Of a stretch of DNA of 64,000 nucleotides, positions 47,301-58,040 are shown one piece after another; position 1 is the stretch's first letter, and each line of letters opens with the position of its first letter. The notes beneath the pieces are model-generated. The model saw only the letters and a program-made list of their open reading frames with translations. It searched no databases and was not told the origin of the DNA. The DNA is taken from the NCBI RefSeq assembly GCF_018350175.1, contig NC_058368.1, positions 152,460,001 through 152,524,000 of the forward strand, read 5' to 3'. Both the position numbers and the translations under genes were made by a program. This DNA comes from Felis catus (lineage: Eukaryota).

Positions 47301-50300
47301 CACCATATCCAGCAGGCATTCAGGGAAATAATGAATGGGGCTATAATAACATTCCTACCAAGAAATTAGGGCCAGAACTAGGGCAGCAGCAGTTAACAAA
47401 GACATAAAACAGTTTCAAAACATTTAAAGAGTAGAAACAATAGAACTTAGTTACAGTTTAGAAGAGCATGTAGGTTAAGGAAGAAGTCATTAAAGGCTGA
47501 TGTTTTACGGGTGCCTGGGTGGTTTAGTGGGTTAAGTGTCTGACTCTTGATTTCAGCACCAATGATAATCTCATGGTTTGTGGGACAGAGCCCCGTGATG
47601 GGTTCTGTGCTGACAGCGCAGAGCCTGCTTGGGATTCTCCCTCCCTCTCTCTCTGCCCCTCCCGACTTTCACACACATGAACACAGTCACTCACTCTCTC
47701 TCTAAAAAAATAAACACTTTTTAAAAAGTGGACATTTTTTACCAAGTAGCTGAAATTTTGGTGATGTTCAAGAAGGATTTTGGTGATCCTCAAGGAAAGA
47801 TTTTGGTGATGCTCAAAAAGTAAAGTACCTTCCTGAAGTGTGGAACTTGATATTACAACCAGTTTACTTGGTTTTAAAGGTCTGCTTCATTCTAAATTGA
47901 ATTATGTGAAATGTTTATGCAAAAACCCCACTATAGGGTGAACAATTATACCAAATAGAGATACTTTGCAATAAATCTTGAAAAGCATTTGATTTTAGAA
48001 AAATTTACTATATGCATATATCAGTAATAATACCTAGAATATGTGTTTTACTCAAAACTTACTTTCTCCATCACCATCTTTATCAAATTCTTCTATCATA
48101 GCCCGAAGTTCTTCATCACTCATGTTTTCACCCAGTTCTCTGGCAACACGTCGCAAATTTCTCAAGCTTATTTTACCTGAATCATCATCATCAAATAGTT
48201 TAAATGCCTTTAATATTTCTTCATGTGGATCTCTTTCCAATATCCAGTCTGTCACTATAGTTAAAAAGAAATTTAAAAAAAAATTTAAAAACACTTCATA
48301 ATCACAAATGCATTCATGAAATCAAAAAGTACTAGATGAGAATTAAAGTCGTGAATCTTTCAACATTTAGTTTGATAATAAAATGCCAAATCAGAGCCCG
48401 AAAACCCAAAAGGTAAAACTCAAATTATAAAAATCAAATCTGGGTTTTACAATTTAATCTTTATGTTATCAACAATTCATCCTATTATAAGAGTAAGCAA
48501 AACTATCACACAAAGAGGCAAAATAAAAAGGACTACATACCATATTTATTTAAGGTCTACCATTATCAAGAATTGTACTAGGCCCCACTAACACCAAACA
48601 AAAAAAGTCTAGTTTGTAGCTATAGAGATGGTATATCAACAAAACAATTAATTAAAGCTACTTAGATAAAAGCTGCCTGATGGCTGAACTTAAGCACATT
48701 ATGGTTCCTTAAATTTAACCCTGTAATAAAGACCAAAAATTCCTGACAAATTCACTGCCATCATTGACAGAGATACAATTTCAGACAGACGAAAATTCTA
48801 CCGATAGCTTCATGATTTGAGGAAACTCTTGGTTTTCAAAAATATGAAAAATAGTTACTGAATATGACTATAGCAAGAACCACCTCTCCCCCTCTGCCCC
48901 CCAAAAAAGAAAGTCTGGAAAGATCTCTCTAAAATCATGCCCATTTTGTTCACCAAGATAATAACTCTCAAAAAACTACAATTAAAAGTGAGGAATATCA
49001 GACTTCAACAGCAATAATATATTCTAATAGATTAAAGGTAGTAATATAGAATAATATAGTAAACTTAAACACTATTTTTAATATTCACAGTCATTAATCA
49101 ATAGCCACAACAATAAAAATTAAAGTAACAATCTGTGGTATAAAATTTTTTCAGTTACTAGATAAAAATCTGAAAATATCTAAGTAAACATCTCTGAAGT
49201 AATTCTACAAGCTAGTCTACTACTATAACAAAAATTATTTATGACTTTCATCATGCCATTAAAAATAATTCAGTTCTAGTAAGGTTGACAGAATCATTAA
49301 AACTTGCAAATGCTTATAGATGGAAAGTTTAATGCACTCAAAAGGAAAAATACAATTTAAGCCCACAAAAAATTATTGTTGTTTTGCTGTACTATCACTG
49401 TATTTGGTTAAGTAAGTTTTAGAGTAAGTACCTATTTAAGCTAACGTTAAATCATCTACATATACATTTAATAGTTTTCTATTACCCGTTAACTGTATTC
49501 AAAAAGTGTTTCAAGTAACTAATTGAAGTATATTACTATAAGTATGCAAATCACCCAAGCTCATAAATATTCAGTCAAAAAGGAGTTGGCATATACACAG
49601 CCATAACACCAAAATAAAATACCATGCTTAACTCTATGGCACATACTCAACTTATTTTGAATTTAGTCCCAACAAAAAAGCAGGACAAGGAAAAAAAAAA
49701 GTGTTAAGAAATTTTCTTCACCAATTAAATAATTTACATGACAGGTGAACCAAAAAAGCAGCTTGCTGAAAGTATTAATGTACTTAAAGAAGCAACAGGG
49801 TGATGTGGGGAACAGATGGGGCTCCAAGATGTATAAATTCTTATCCCACTAGTGCTTTAATTGTGGTAGTTACTTCAGACTTATGTGTATATATAATCTT
49901 TTATCAATACTTTGCCTTAGAATACAACTTTTCTCAGGAATTATAAATACCCATAATTCTGGACAGCTAAAACATGGTATCTTTATGGTGACTCTCCTCC
50001 ATGCCTTCATGCTCTATTCCTAGTCTACAAAGTAGAAATGTAAGAAATACATTTTTTTTCCAAAGAAAATAAATCAACTAATATACACTTAGGTGACTTC
50101 AATCTAATTCACAAATTGCTGTCCATGTAACTTTATTTTCAAATTATACTACCATAAATATACTTCCTAAAAATAGTTAGACCTTACACATTATAAAAAT
50201 CACTTAAGAACATAGCACATTAGAAAACATCACATTAAAAGTTAAAAAATCATTAAAGGTGCTGCTAGAAATACAGCTTCAACTATATTTCTCACTGCCT

Positions 50301-53300
50301 TTTGGGGGTTTCTATCCCAAAATACAAGTTATTTTACACTCAACATTTCAAAATTCAAATTCCTCCCACTATCACCAAGATAGCTGTTGTTTTGATGCCG
50401 GATCTCAAAAAAGATAACAGCATCATTAACAAATAATCTCTCATATTTGAAGTCTGAACATTTTTTAAGCTGAATAACCTAATCAGCGATTTATTACTAC
50501 AGTGCTAAGGATACTACCCTTTTTACTCTTAAATGGGCCTCTCTCTTCATTCTCACCACCCTCAGCATAAAAAGTCTATTATTTTCTGTCTTCAGTCTCT
50601 CCGCCCTTCAACCCATCTTTAATACTCTCAACAGAGTTACCTTTCTAAAATATATCTTCTCTTCCACAGAAATTGACAATGATCATCTGCTGACTAAAGT
50701 CCAAGCTCTATATGTGATGCAAGACTACCTATTTGGCCCAATACCAGCTTCCACTTCAAACATACTATACTTCCAGTACCACTCTGTTGTTGCTGTTTTC
50801 TCTGCCTCCAATGTCTTTCTCTACTGCGTCCCACAATCTTCTCCTTAGGATGAAATCCCATTCACATTCCCAAAGGCCTAAATTAAAAATCCCCTCTGCA
50901 AGGTCTTCTTCAATTGCTCCAGGCCAGGAATTAACAATTCTTTTTGTTGTCAAAAAACAGATAGTAAATATTTTAGCCTTTGTGGGGGCATAAGGTCTCT
51001 GTCTAAACTACTTTCTCTGCCAACTCCTGCTTTAAACAAAATTATAATTTACCACAGAACACCACAGCTTATTATTACTTACATTTAAATGGTAAGCTCC
51101 TTGAAAGACCCTCTTGGTAACTTCTAATTAATTCCCCTCCCTCAACCCAACACAGCACCTAATGCCAAAAAAATCAGCAAATATTTGTTAAATAAGCAAA
51201 GCAAAATGGTAATACAATATTCTATTCTAAAGAGGCAATGGAATGTGCCCAAAGATTCTGGTTACGTGTCAGACTTCATCCAGAAATATCTGTGGAACAG
51301 TATCCTTCACTAGTAATAGATGATACATAAAACTAAGACTCAAATGTTCTGATTTGGAGTTATCTGTCCCAAAGTATAAAACACACCTTCATCTGTGGTC
51401 AGTTATTATTGAAAAATAATCCACAAATGGAGAGAATACAGAGCTCTTGACTTCAATTTCTAAACAGTAATAAATTTTTATTTGACTGATGATATTTTCA
51501 AGCAGGTCAAAAGTTTAATCTTTGAAAGTCAGAGAGAAGTTTACCCATGGCCATTAATTCTGGAAGAAACCCAGTAATCATGCTCTCTTTTTTCTTTAAG
51601 TTAATTTATTTATTTTGAGACAGAAGGAGGGAGACAGAGAGAGAGGGGAGAAGAGTAGAGAGAGGGAGAGACAAAGAATCCCAAGGAGGCTCCACATGTC
51701 AGTGCAGAGCCAGAGGCGGGGCTCTAACTCACGGACCTGTGAGATCATGACCTGAGCCGAAACCAAGAGTCGGAGGCCTAACCTACTGAGCCACCCTCAT
51801 ACCCTGTTATTAACACAGAAAAGATGGACGGTCAGGAAAAGGTGAATATGGCATGGGACTTTAGCTTCAACTGCTAATAAGATCACAAATTTAAAACTGT
51901 ATTTACTTAAGATGACATGTGCTACATAAAATTATTAATGACAATGATATAATGCTTAAAATAGCCTGCAACTATGAAAACAGGGTAATCAGAAAAATAT
52001 AAATACATGGAATACAATACTTTTTATGTTCCAGTGATGCATGTACAATTATTACGAGGCACTAAAACACAATAAAACAAAGACAATTTTTAAAGTAATA
52101 CTAACAAATACTTAATACTACTTACTATAGCTAGGCCCCTTGCTAAGCACTTTACTTATTAACTTATTCCTCACAACCCACAAGATAGCCCCAATTTATA
52201 GCTGAGACACAGAGAAGTAAAATGACCAAATTATACAGCTAGTAAGTGGCAAAACCAAGATCTGAACCCAAGCAATCTGGTTTCAAACTGTCCATGCCAA
52301 ACCACTACATTGTATCAAATGTGCCTGAATTGCAGCTCTTTCCTAATGGTATCATTGTCACTATATCCTAACACCTGTCTATAAATAATCTAAGTTGGAA
52401 CTTGGACTAAGATCATGAACTATACAAGAGCTTCAACACTGAAAGACTGAAAGAATAAAGATGGCTCTCCTCCTCTCAATAAATCTACCAATTAGAAAAA
52501 ACAAAACAAAACAAAACCAAAAAACCACACGCAATATGCTTCCCAAAGGGACAACCTGCTTCTCTAAACAGTTATTTCTCAGTGTATAAATTGAAGTTCT
52601 TCTGTGTTGTGCTTTCCTTCTCTTTTAGGCTCATCCTTTAACTTCTCTCTTCACTTTCATTTTGAGTTTTCAGATTAAAAAAATAAAAACAACGATTTAT
52701 GAAAGGACTCTATCTTTTCCATATGTAGTGCCATTTTTTTTTGCTTTGTGTATTGCTTCTTGCTGAATATTTACACAAAAAGTTTGTGTGTATGTGTAAT
52801 TGGATTTGTTCCTAAATTTTTTACATCTCTAAAAACATATGAAATGTATATATCATGACCCATATAAAGTGGTTATCAATGGTTTAGAAAATTTATTTAA
52901 TAAAAACCTGAATATACATACATTCTACGTATAATATTCTACATAATGTATTTAAATTATAATAACAAAGTCCTTGCCTTCCAGAATCTTCTATACTAAA
53001 AAGCCTGATATATGCTGTAAATAATTCACGAAAATCAACTGTATAAAATTCAATCATATTAAGCTCATGACACATTATGCTTAGTTGGTTGTTCTACAAT
53101 GATTTTTCCTGCTTAAGTCTGCCAAATGCCTCCTTTACCACAATCTTCTCTCCACTTGCAACTTTAAACAGATGACTTTATTCACCAAGATCAAGTCACT
53201 CAGAGTATGTAGACCTTCATAAGCTTTGTCAACCTGAAGGCATGCCCTTCATCTAGAGCCAAAGATAACAAATGCTACAGGTTTTCTCTTCTCCCACTCT

Positions 53301-56300
53301 GCCAACAAAAATCACACACCAGAATGGTCTTAGGAAATATTTTCCATACAAAAGGATACCAAATTTTCTGTTTTACTCTAAGAAAATAATTTTTTGATCA
53401 TCCTTTATCATATAATATAAACACATATTACTTAGAAAAACATCCTCCCACAAAAAGCTACACAATAGTTCCTTAGAATCTTCAGAACTAAAGACAAAAT
53501 GATAAATTCCACAGGGAAGCTGTAAATCTTATATTTTCTTTGAAATTGAGTAAAAAGAGTGTCCCCCGGCCCCCATATGAGATCCACATTATACCACAAT
53601 GTTCTATAACAAAATTCCATAACCCAGAGAATTAAAAAAATACTAATATTAACCAGATAATTTCCTAACAAGTGCTAATTACAAAGACTATTAAAATACA
53701 CACCAACTTCATTAAAATCTTCAAAGGTGATTTTCCCTGTGGCTTCTCTGTCATAATCTTTAAGAATCTTCAGTACATCAGCTTTTTTTACATCAAACCC
53801 CAAGGCTCTCATTGCCACCTTTTGGATTAAAAGGGAAAAGCAAATTATCAAGCACTCTTTCAAAAGAAGTGACTTCTAATTCTTAAGTTTTCAGAACTTA
53901 AGAGAGGTAAACACATTAATGAAACATTTAATTCTGTTGCATGTTTTATATCTCTAAAAAAACAAAGTGAAAGTTTTTCTTCACTACTGAAATTAAATGG
54001 CAATTTTTTTCATTTATATATCTTTTATAGGACATACCAATCAAGTGTTTATAAAATACACTATACAATAGGCTGACGTAGTGTACAGATCATTTTACTT
54101 ATTTTTTAAATGTTTATCTTGAGAGAGAGAATCCCAAGCAGGCTCCACGCTGTCAGCACAGAGCATGATGTGGGGCTCAATCTCAGGAATTATGAGATTA
54201 TGACCTAAGCTAAAATCAAGAGTCAGGCGCTTAACTGACTTGAGCCACCTAGGCACCCAGTATACAGATCATTTTAACAAGTTATTCGCTCTCAAAAGAT
54301 TAACAACCAAAATGCAAAAAAAAAAGGCATAGCATAAATATTAAAAATTTATATAACAGAAGAGATAAAAGAATGAAAATAAGAGTTACCATAAGAATCT
54401 ACACGATTAGTTGTTAAGTAAGTAGTTCAGGTCCCTGAGTTTAAAGAAAAGATCCAAGATCCTGTTACTGTTACAAGAAGAGAGACATGACACTGACTAA
54501 AGAAGTCTTACTTGGAGAGGTTCCATTTGTTCCCTGATGTATGGATGAAATAAAGTAGACGGGCAATAAGAAAAGGATGACTGGTATTCAAACAGATACC
54601 ATAAAAAAGAGGTTTGAGGACAGTGAAGAGAGCAGCTTATCTTACCTGAACAGGAAGAGCTCAGGTGGAAGCAAGTGGTTAGCAAATGAGAAAAGGAGCT
54701 AGTAGTAAAAGTGTGGAGGGCATTCAATAAAAATTAAAGGAATGTGAACTTTATGCAGTTTATAACGAGGAGCCACTAGTTTTATGAACAATGAACAAAA
54801 TGAGGAAAGAATTTTACAAAGATGAACCTAATGGTACTATACAGAGTTAACTAGAAGCTCTAGGTATGAAATAAGATCCCAAACCAAAATAATAACAATG
54901 GCAACAAATGGAAGAGACATTATAAAGCAAGAATGGATCAAAGCTGGGTAAGTAAAAAAATAAATAAATAAAATAAAAAAAGAACTAAAGAGCTATTAAA
55001 ATGTTGCCTTTCTCATTGTGCTAAGTGTGAGATCTGTACTACCCTAAACACCAATTTTCCCTTGCATCTTTAGAAATAATTCTAGGCCCTAAAATTGACA
55101 TTTTTCCCCATTAGCATCGTGTCAACATCAGATATCATTTATGTTGTCTGCACCAGAGAAAGTACATAAAGAATATACTACTAACATGTTCAAATTAAAA
55201 GAGAAATAACACTCTCACAACGTGAAAAAAGAATGAGTCACCAAAAACCAAACAAACAAAACAGTGGGAAGAAGAATACAGTAAAAACTGCTTAAATCTT
55301 ATAGTTTGAAATCTTTTAATTATGTGAATGAAAAATAAGGCCTTACATAGAAATTTATTTTTATATTTAAAACACTATTCATTTTACAATATGAAAAGGA
55401 ATTTCTAAAAAGATGTTAGGAGTATTATTCAATTTTCTCATAGCATTTAACTGTGAACATTTAAAATGGTTTCATATTTCCAAAACCAGTCAGTTTAAAT
55501 ACTTTAGAAATGTATTTTAACCAATTATCAAAAATGAACATCATTTTAACAGAAAAACATATATTTTACATTACACTATTACCTTTAATTCATGATAATC
55601 TATTGCTTCATCCTTGTCTGTGTCAAATAGTTCAAAAGCATCTTTAATTTCTTGTTTCTGTTCTTCAGAGAGTTCTCTTCTTTTTTTCCTCTTTGTTTTG
55701 TCTACCACAAGCTCATTTCTATGAAATGAAAAGAAACAAAGTCTTTTTAGCCTACTTTAATTCTATTCTCCTATGCATCCAGATGATTAAAATGCAACAA
55801 AAAAATTAACGATTGAATAATTTTTTAAATTTCTAAAAAGGAAGTTATGTGGGAGAATCAGAAATCTTCCGTACATGAGCCTTGCTCATTCTATAGTCTA
55901 AGCTGCTATAAATTTGCACTTTCCAAAAGTGAAAAGTATTACAAGTTATTCAAAGAAATGAAGACCTAACTTTCTTTCCTTCTAGCTTTGTGTTTATTCT
56001 CACTGATATTACAGAGGAAAAAATCAGAACTTGAATAAAAAACATTGTTTTTATGACAAAAAATCGCCAACAAAAGAACAAAGCATTCATTATTTACATT
56101 GCTCTAAACATAGTGTTAAAAAATCAAAGGAAAACTCCTAACTGATGATCGTTATGTATTTGGTTTACTTCTGATATCACTTATAAGTTACCTAAATTTC
56201 TACCCAAAAAAGTTTAAAATTTAACAATTAACTTACAAAGTATTTTAGCGTGGTAGGTTACAAGTGATTTAGATTACACATAAGTTTGGCACTTTATTTA

Positions 56301-57510
56301 TAATTTCTTTCATTGATATGTCTAAACAAACCATGAAAACGCCAAAAAAAAAAAAAAAGTATTTGTGCTAATTTTCTATAATAAAGTGAAGAGTCTATGG
56401 TTTTGTAAATCTCACTTGTAAATTTAGATTTAGTTTCTCATAAACTCTGGCAACTTTTTTAAAGGAAATTTTATTTTAAAAGCCAGAAATGTCCTCCTTA
56501 AGAGATACTGATCTTAGCGTTCCAAAATTTCAAATGCCGCTGCAACATCTGCATAAAAACAAGTTTTGAAACCCAACAAACTCATAAAACTTTAAAATGT
56601 AAAACTCGGGTTGATTTCAGTAAAACACGTTATCTATTTGCCTGTATTTTTTTCTCTAAAATCTACAACAAAGGCAAGAGAGGATTAGAAAGTGACCGAA
56701 GACGTACAATAAAAAAAGCTGAGGAAAATCGGTTTATACCAGCTGGAACATTTCCCGGGGTCATTTTCTCTGAAAGGCCAAGTCCACAACAGACCTACAA
56801 CTGCCCCACGCAAGGTTCCCACAGGAATCTCCTAGCCGAAGGCGGCACCAGTTTAGAGAGGCGTATCTAGCTATTTTTAAGGTATTGACGTCTACATGGG
56901 GCTGGGGGCAACAGACAGGGGGTTAGAGGTCGCAAGTGAAGGAAAGGCAAAGAAACTAAAAAATTTGAAAAATCTTAAGAGATTACCAATTAAAGTCATT
57001 AAAATGGGTCTCCGGTTATACCTTAATATAGGGCCCTAGCAGAAGAGCAGTGAGGGGTTAATGTTATTCCCAAATTTTATAGTTAAATATGATGACAGCA
57101 CTGCCGCTGAGGTGGGGCCGTAGACCAGGAAGGAGGAGCTGAACGAAGGGATGCTCCATGGCCTGATTTCTCGCAGAAAAACCGCGAGAAGAAACATCGC
57201 GATATTTCACTCCCTCCTCGCAACGAAAACAGCCCATCTTTTTGGTGGTGCAAAGCCCAACGCACTGATAGACGTGTCTACCTCAGCAGAAATGCACGGG
57301 GCTCATCACCTGCGACACACCACGGCCCCCAGAGTGAGGGGTCCGGGCGCGGGAATGCTGGCCGAGACTCCTCTCCCTCGTCCCAAACTGCATCCCATTC
57401 CTCGCCTCGGCCCCAACTGCCTCCCTTCCACACACACCCGCCCTGGGGCCCGCTGCGAGGTGTGGAGAGCTTTGCGGCCTCCTCATTACCGACCTCAGAG
57501 CTAAACTCAT
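41279..57510 (-). CDS. CETN3: Centrin-3 (EF-hand centrosomal protein), complete 5-exon CDS, 167 aa
   Basis: Join complement(57494-57510, 55583-55718, 53704-53818, 48063-48254, 41279-41322) = 17+136+115+192+44 = 504 nt. It translates without stops to [167 protein letters not shown], recognised as mammalian centrin-3. All introns are GT-AG. Confidence 0.98.
43424..43654 (-). mobile_element. CanSINE in CETN3 intron 4 (sense to gene)
   Basis: Ends ACTGAGCCACCCAGGCGCCCC; flanked by CTCCTACACT duplication. Confidence 0.93.
45675..45875 (+). mobile_element. CanSINE in CETN3 intron 4 (antisense to gene)
   Basis: GGGGCACTTGGGTGGCTGAGTCCG head, (CT)n, AAAAATAAAC tail. Confidence 0.93.
45880..46100 (+). 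mobile_element. Carnivore L1 3'UTR fragment abutting a SINE (CETN3 intron 4)
   Basis: AGACTCTTAAATACAGAGAACTGAGGGTTG...CACTGGGTGTTGT...CCAATTTGACAATAAA + (TAAA)n, clearly homologous to 29793-29960. Confidence 0.9.
46500..46670 (-). mobile_element. MIR (CETN3 intron 4)
   Basis: TACAACCACCTGGAAGGTATTA...AAATGGGAAAC...GTAAGTGGCAGAG...ATTCAAATCCAGATCTG. Confidence 0.65.
47509..47727 (+). mobile_element. CanSINE in CETN3 intron 4 (antisense to gene)
   Basis: GGGTGCCTGGGTGGTTTAGTGG head, GAGCCTGCTTGGGATTCTC core. Confidence 0.9.
47755..47820. repeat. Three-copy 21-23 bp tandem repeat in CETN3 intron 4
   Basis: ATTTTGGTGATGTTCAAGAAGG / ATTTTGGTGATCCTCAAGGAAAG / ATTTTGGTGATGCTCAAAAAG. Confidence 0.9.
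48063..48254 (-). CDS. CETN3: CETN3 coding exon 4 (192 nt; EF-hand 3 and first part of EF-hand 4)
   Basis: Acceptor TTTTTAACTATAG|TG ACA GAC TGG; donor GGA GAA A|GTAAGT; encodes [12 protein letters not shown]...DKDGDGE. Confidence 0.97.
51588..51805 (-). mobile_element. CanSINE in CETN3 intron 3
   Basis: TTTATTTATTTTGAGA...GAGATCATGACCTGAGCC...CTGAGCCACC. Confidence 0.9.
52110..52310 (-). mobile_element. MIR (CETN3 intron 3)
   Basis: TGCTAAGCACTTTAC...TCCTCACAAC...CTGAGACACAGAGAAG...CAGCTAGTAAGTGGCA...TGAACCCAAGCAATCTG. Confidence 0.75.
53704..53818 (-). CDS. CETN3: CETN3 coding exon 3 (115 nt; EF-hand 2)
   Basis: Acceptor TTTTAATCCAAAAG|GTG GCA ATG; donor GAA GTT G|GTGTGT; encodes [38 protein letters not shown]. 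Confidence 0.97.
54094..54258 (-). mobile_element. CanSINE in CETN3 intron 2
   Basis: Ends GAGCCACCTAGGCACCC; TSD AGT(G/A)TACAGATCATTTTA. Confidence 0.92.
55583..55718 (-). CDS. CETN3: CETN3 coding exon 2 (136 nt; basic N-terminus and EF-hand 1)
   Basis: Acceptor TTTCATTTCATAG|A AAT GAG CTT; donor TTA AAG|GTAATA; encodes [14 protein letters not shown]...DYHELK. Confidence 0.97.
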
Positions 57511-58040
57511 TTTCTCTTCGGACAGAGACGTTCCTCTCAAGAACAACCTTAACGCCCTACCCAAGGCAGCACGACTTCCACGAGCCGTTCAACAGACACC
57601 AACGACCTCATTGGCCTCAAGGACCTCCCACAAGGTAGACACTTCTGAGCCGGATTGGTTGACATGGCTAATGTCCTGCCCTTTGAGGCGGAAGCGTCAT
57701 TCGTCCTCTTCTCTCATTGGGTGTATCTCGCGTCAATCAAAGAAACCTCTCCTCCCGCTTGGTTTCTTGCCCCTCCTCCCGCCCTTTAGATTGGCCTGTT
57801 GCGGTTTCCCCAAATCCTTTGCGGAGCGAGGGTCTGGATATTTGCGTGGTAGAGGGAGGTTGGTAGCTGGACCTCGCCTCACGCAAGGAGGCCTGTAATC
57901 TGTGGCGCTTGTCCGGAGACAAGACGGACAGCTCCGAGGGAAAGGAAGGAAGGGAGAAGAGGCACGCTGTGGGCTATCCTCAGTCTAGAAGGAGGGAGTA
58001 GCCGGGGAATGAGGTCTGCCATAATTGGCTTCGCCATGTT
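57100..58040 (-). promoter_or_regulatory. CETN3 CpG-rich, TATA-less promoter / exon 1 region
   Basis: Sharp rise in GC and CpG around the start codon. Four minus-strand CCAAT boxes (57610, 57654, 57716, 57790), ETS-type GGCGGAAG (57687-57694) and GC box CTCCCGCCC (57776-57784). Confidence 0.85.
57494..57510 (-). CDS. CETN3: CETN3 coding exon 1 (MSLAL + first 2 nt of Arg)
   Basis: Minus strand GAGAAA ATG AGT TTA GCT CTG AG|GTCGGT inside the CpG-rich region; phase matches exon 2. Confidence 0.93.

Noticed and set aside
48041..48301. Plus-strand 86-aa Ser-rich ORF
   Set aside because: Antisense shadow of CETN3 exon 4.
53819..55582. Intron 2 as a U12-type intron (TTTTCCCTTTTAAT close to an AAG acceptor)
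   Set aside because: The donor is GTAATA, not the U12 consensus RTATCCTT.
57083..57922. Several ORFs over the promoter and intron 1
   Set aside because: Expected in GC-rich DNA. Only 57510-57494 is supported as coding.
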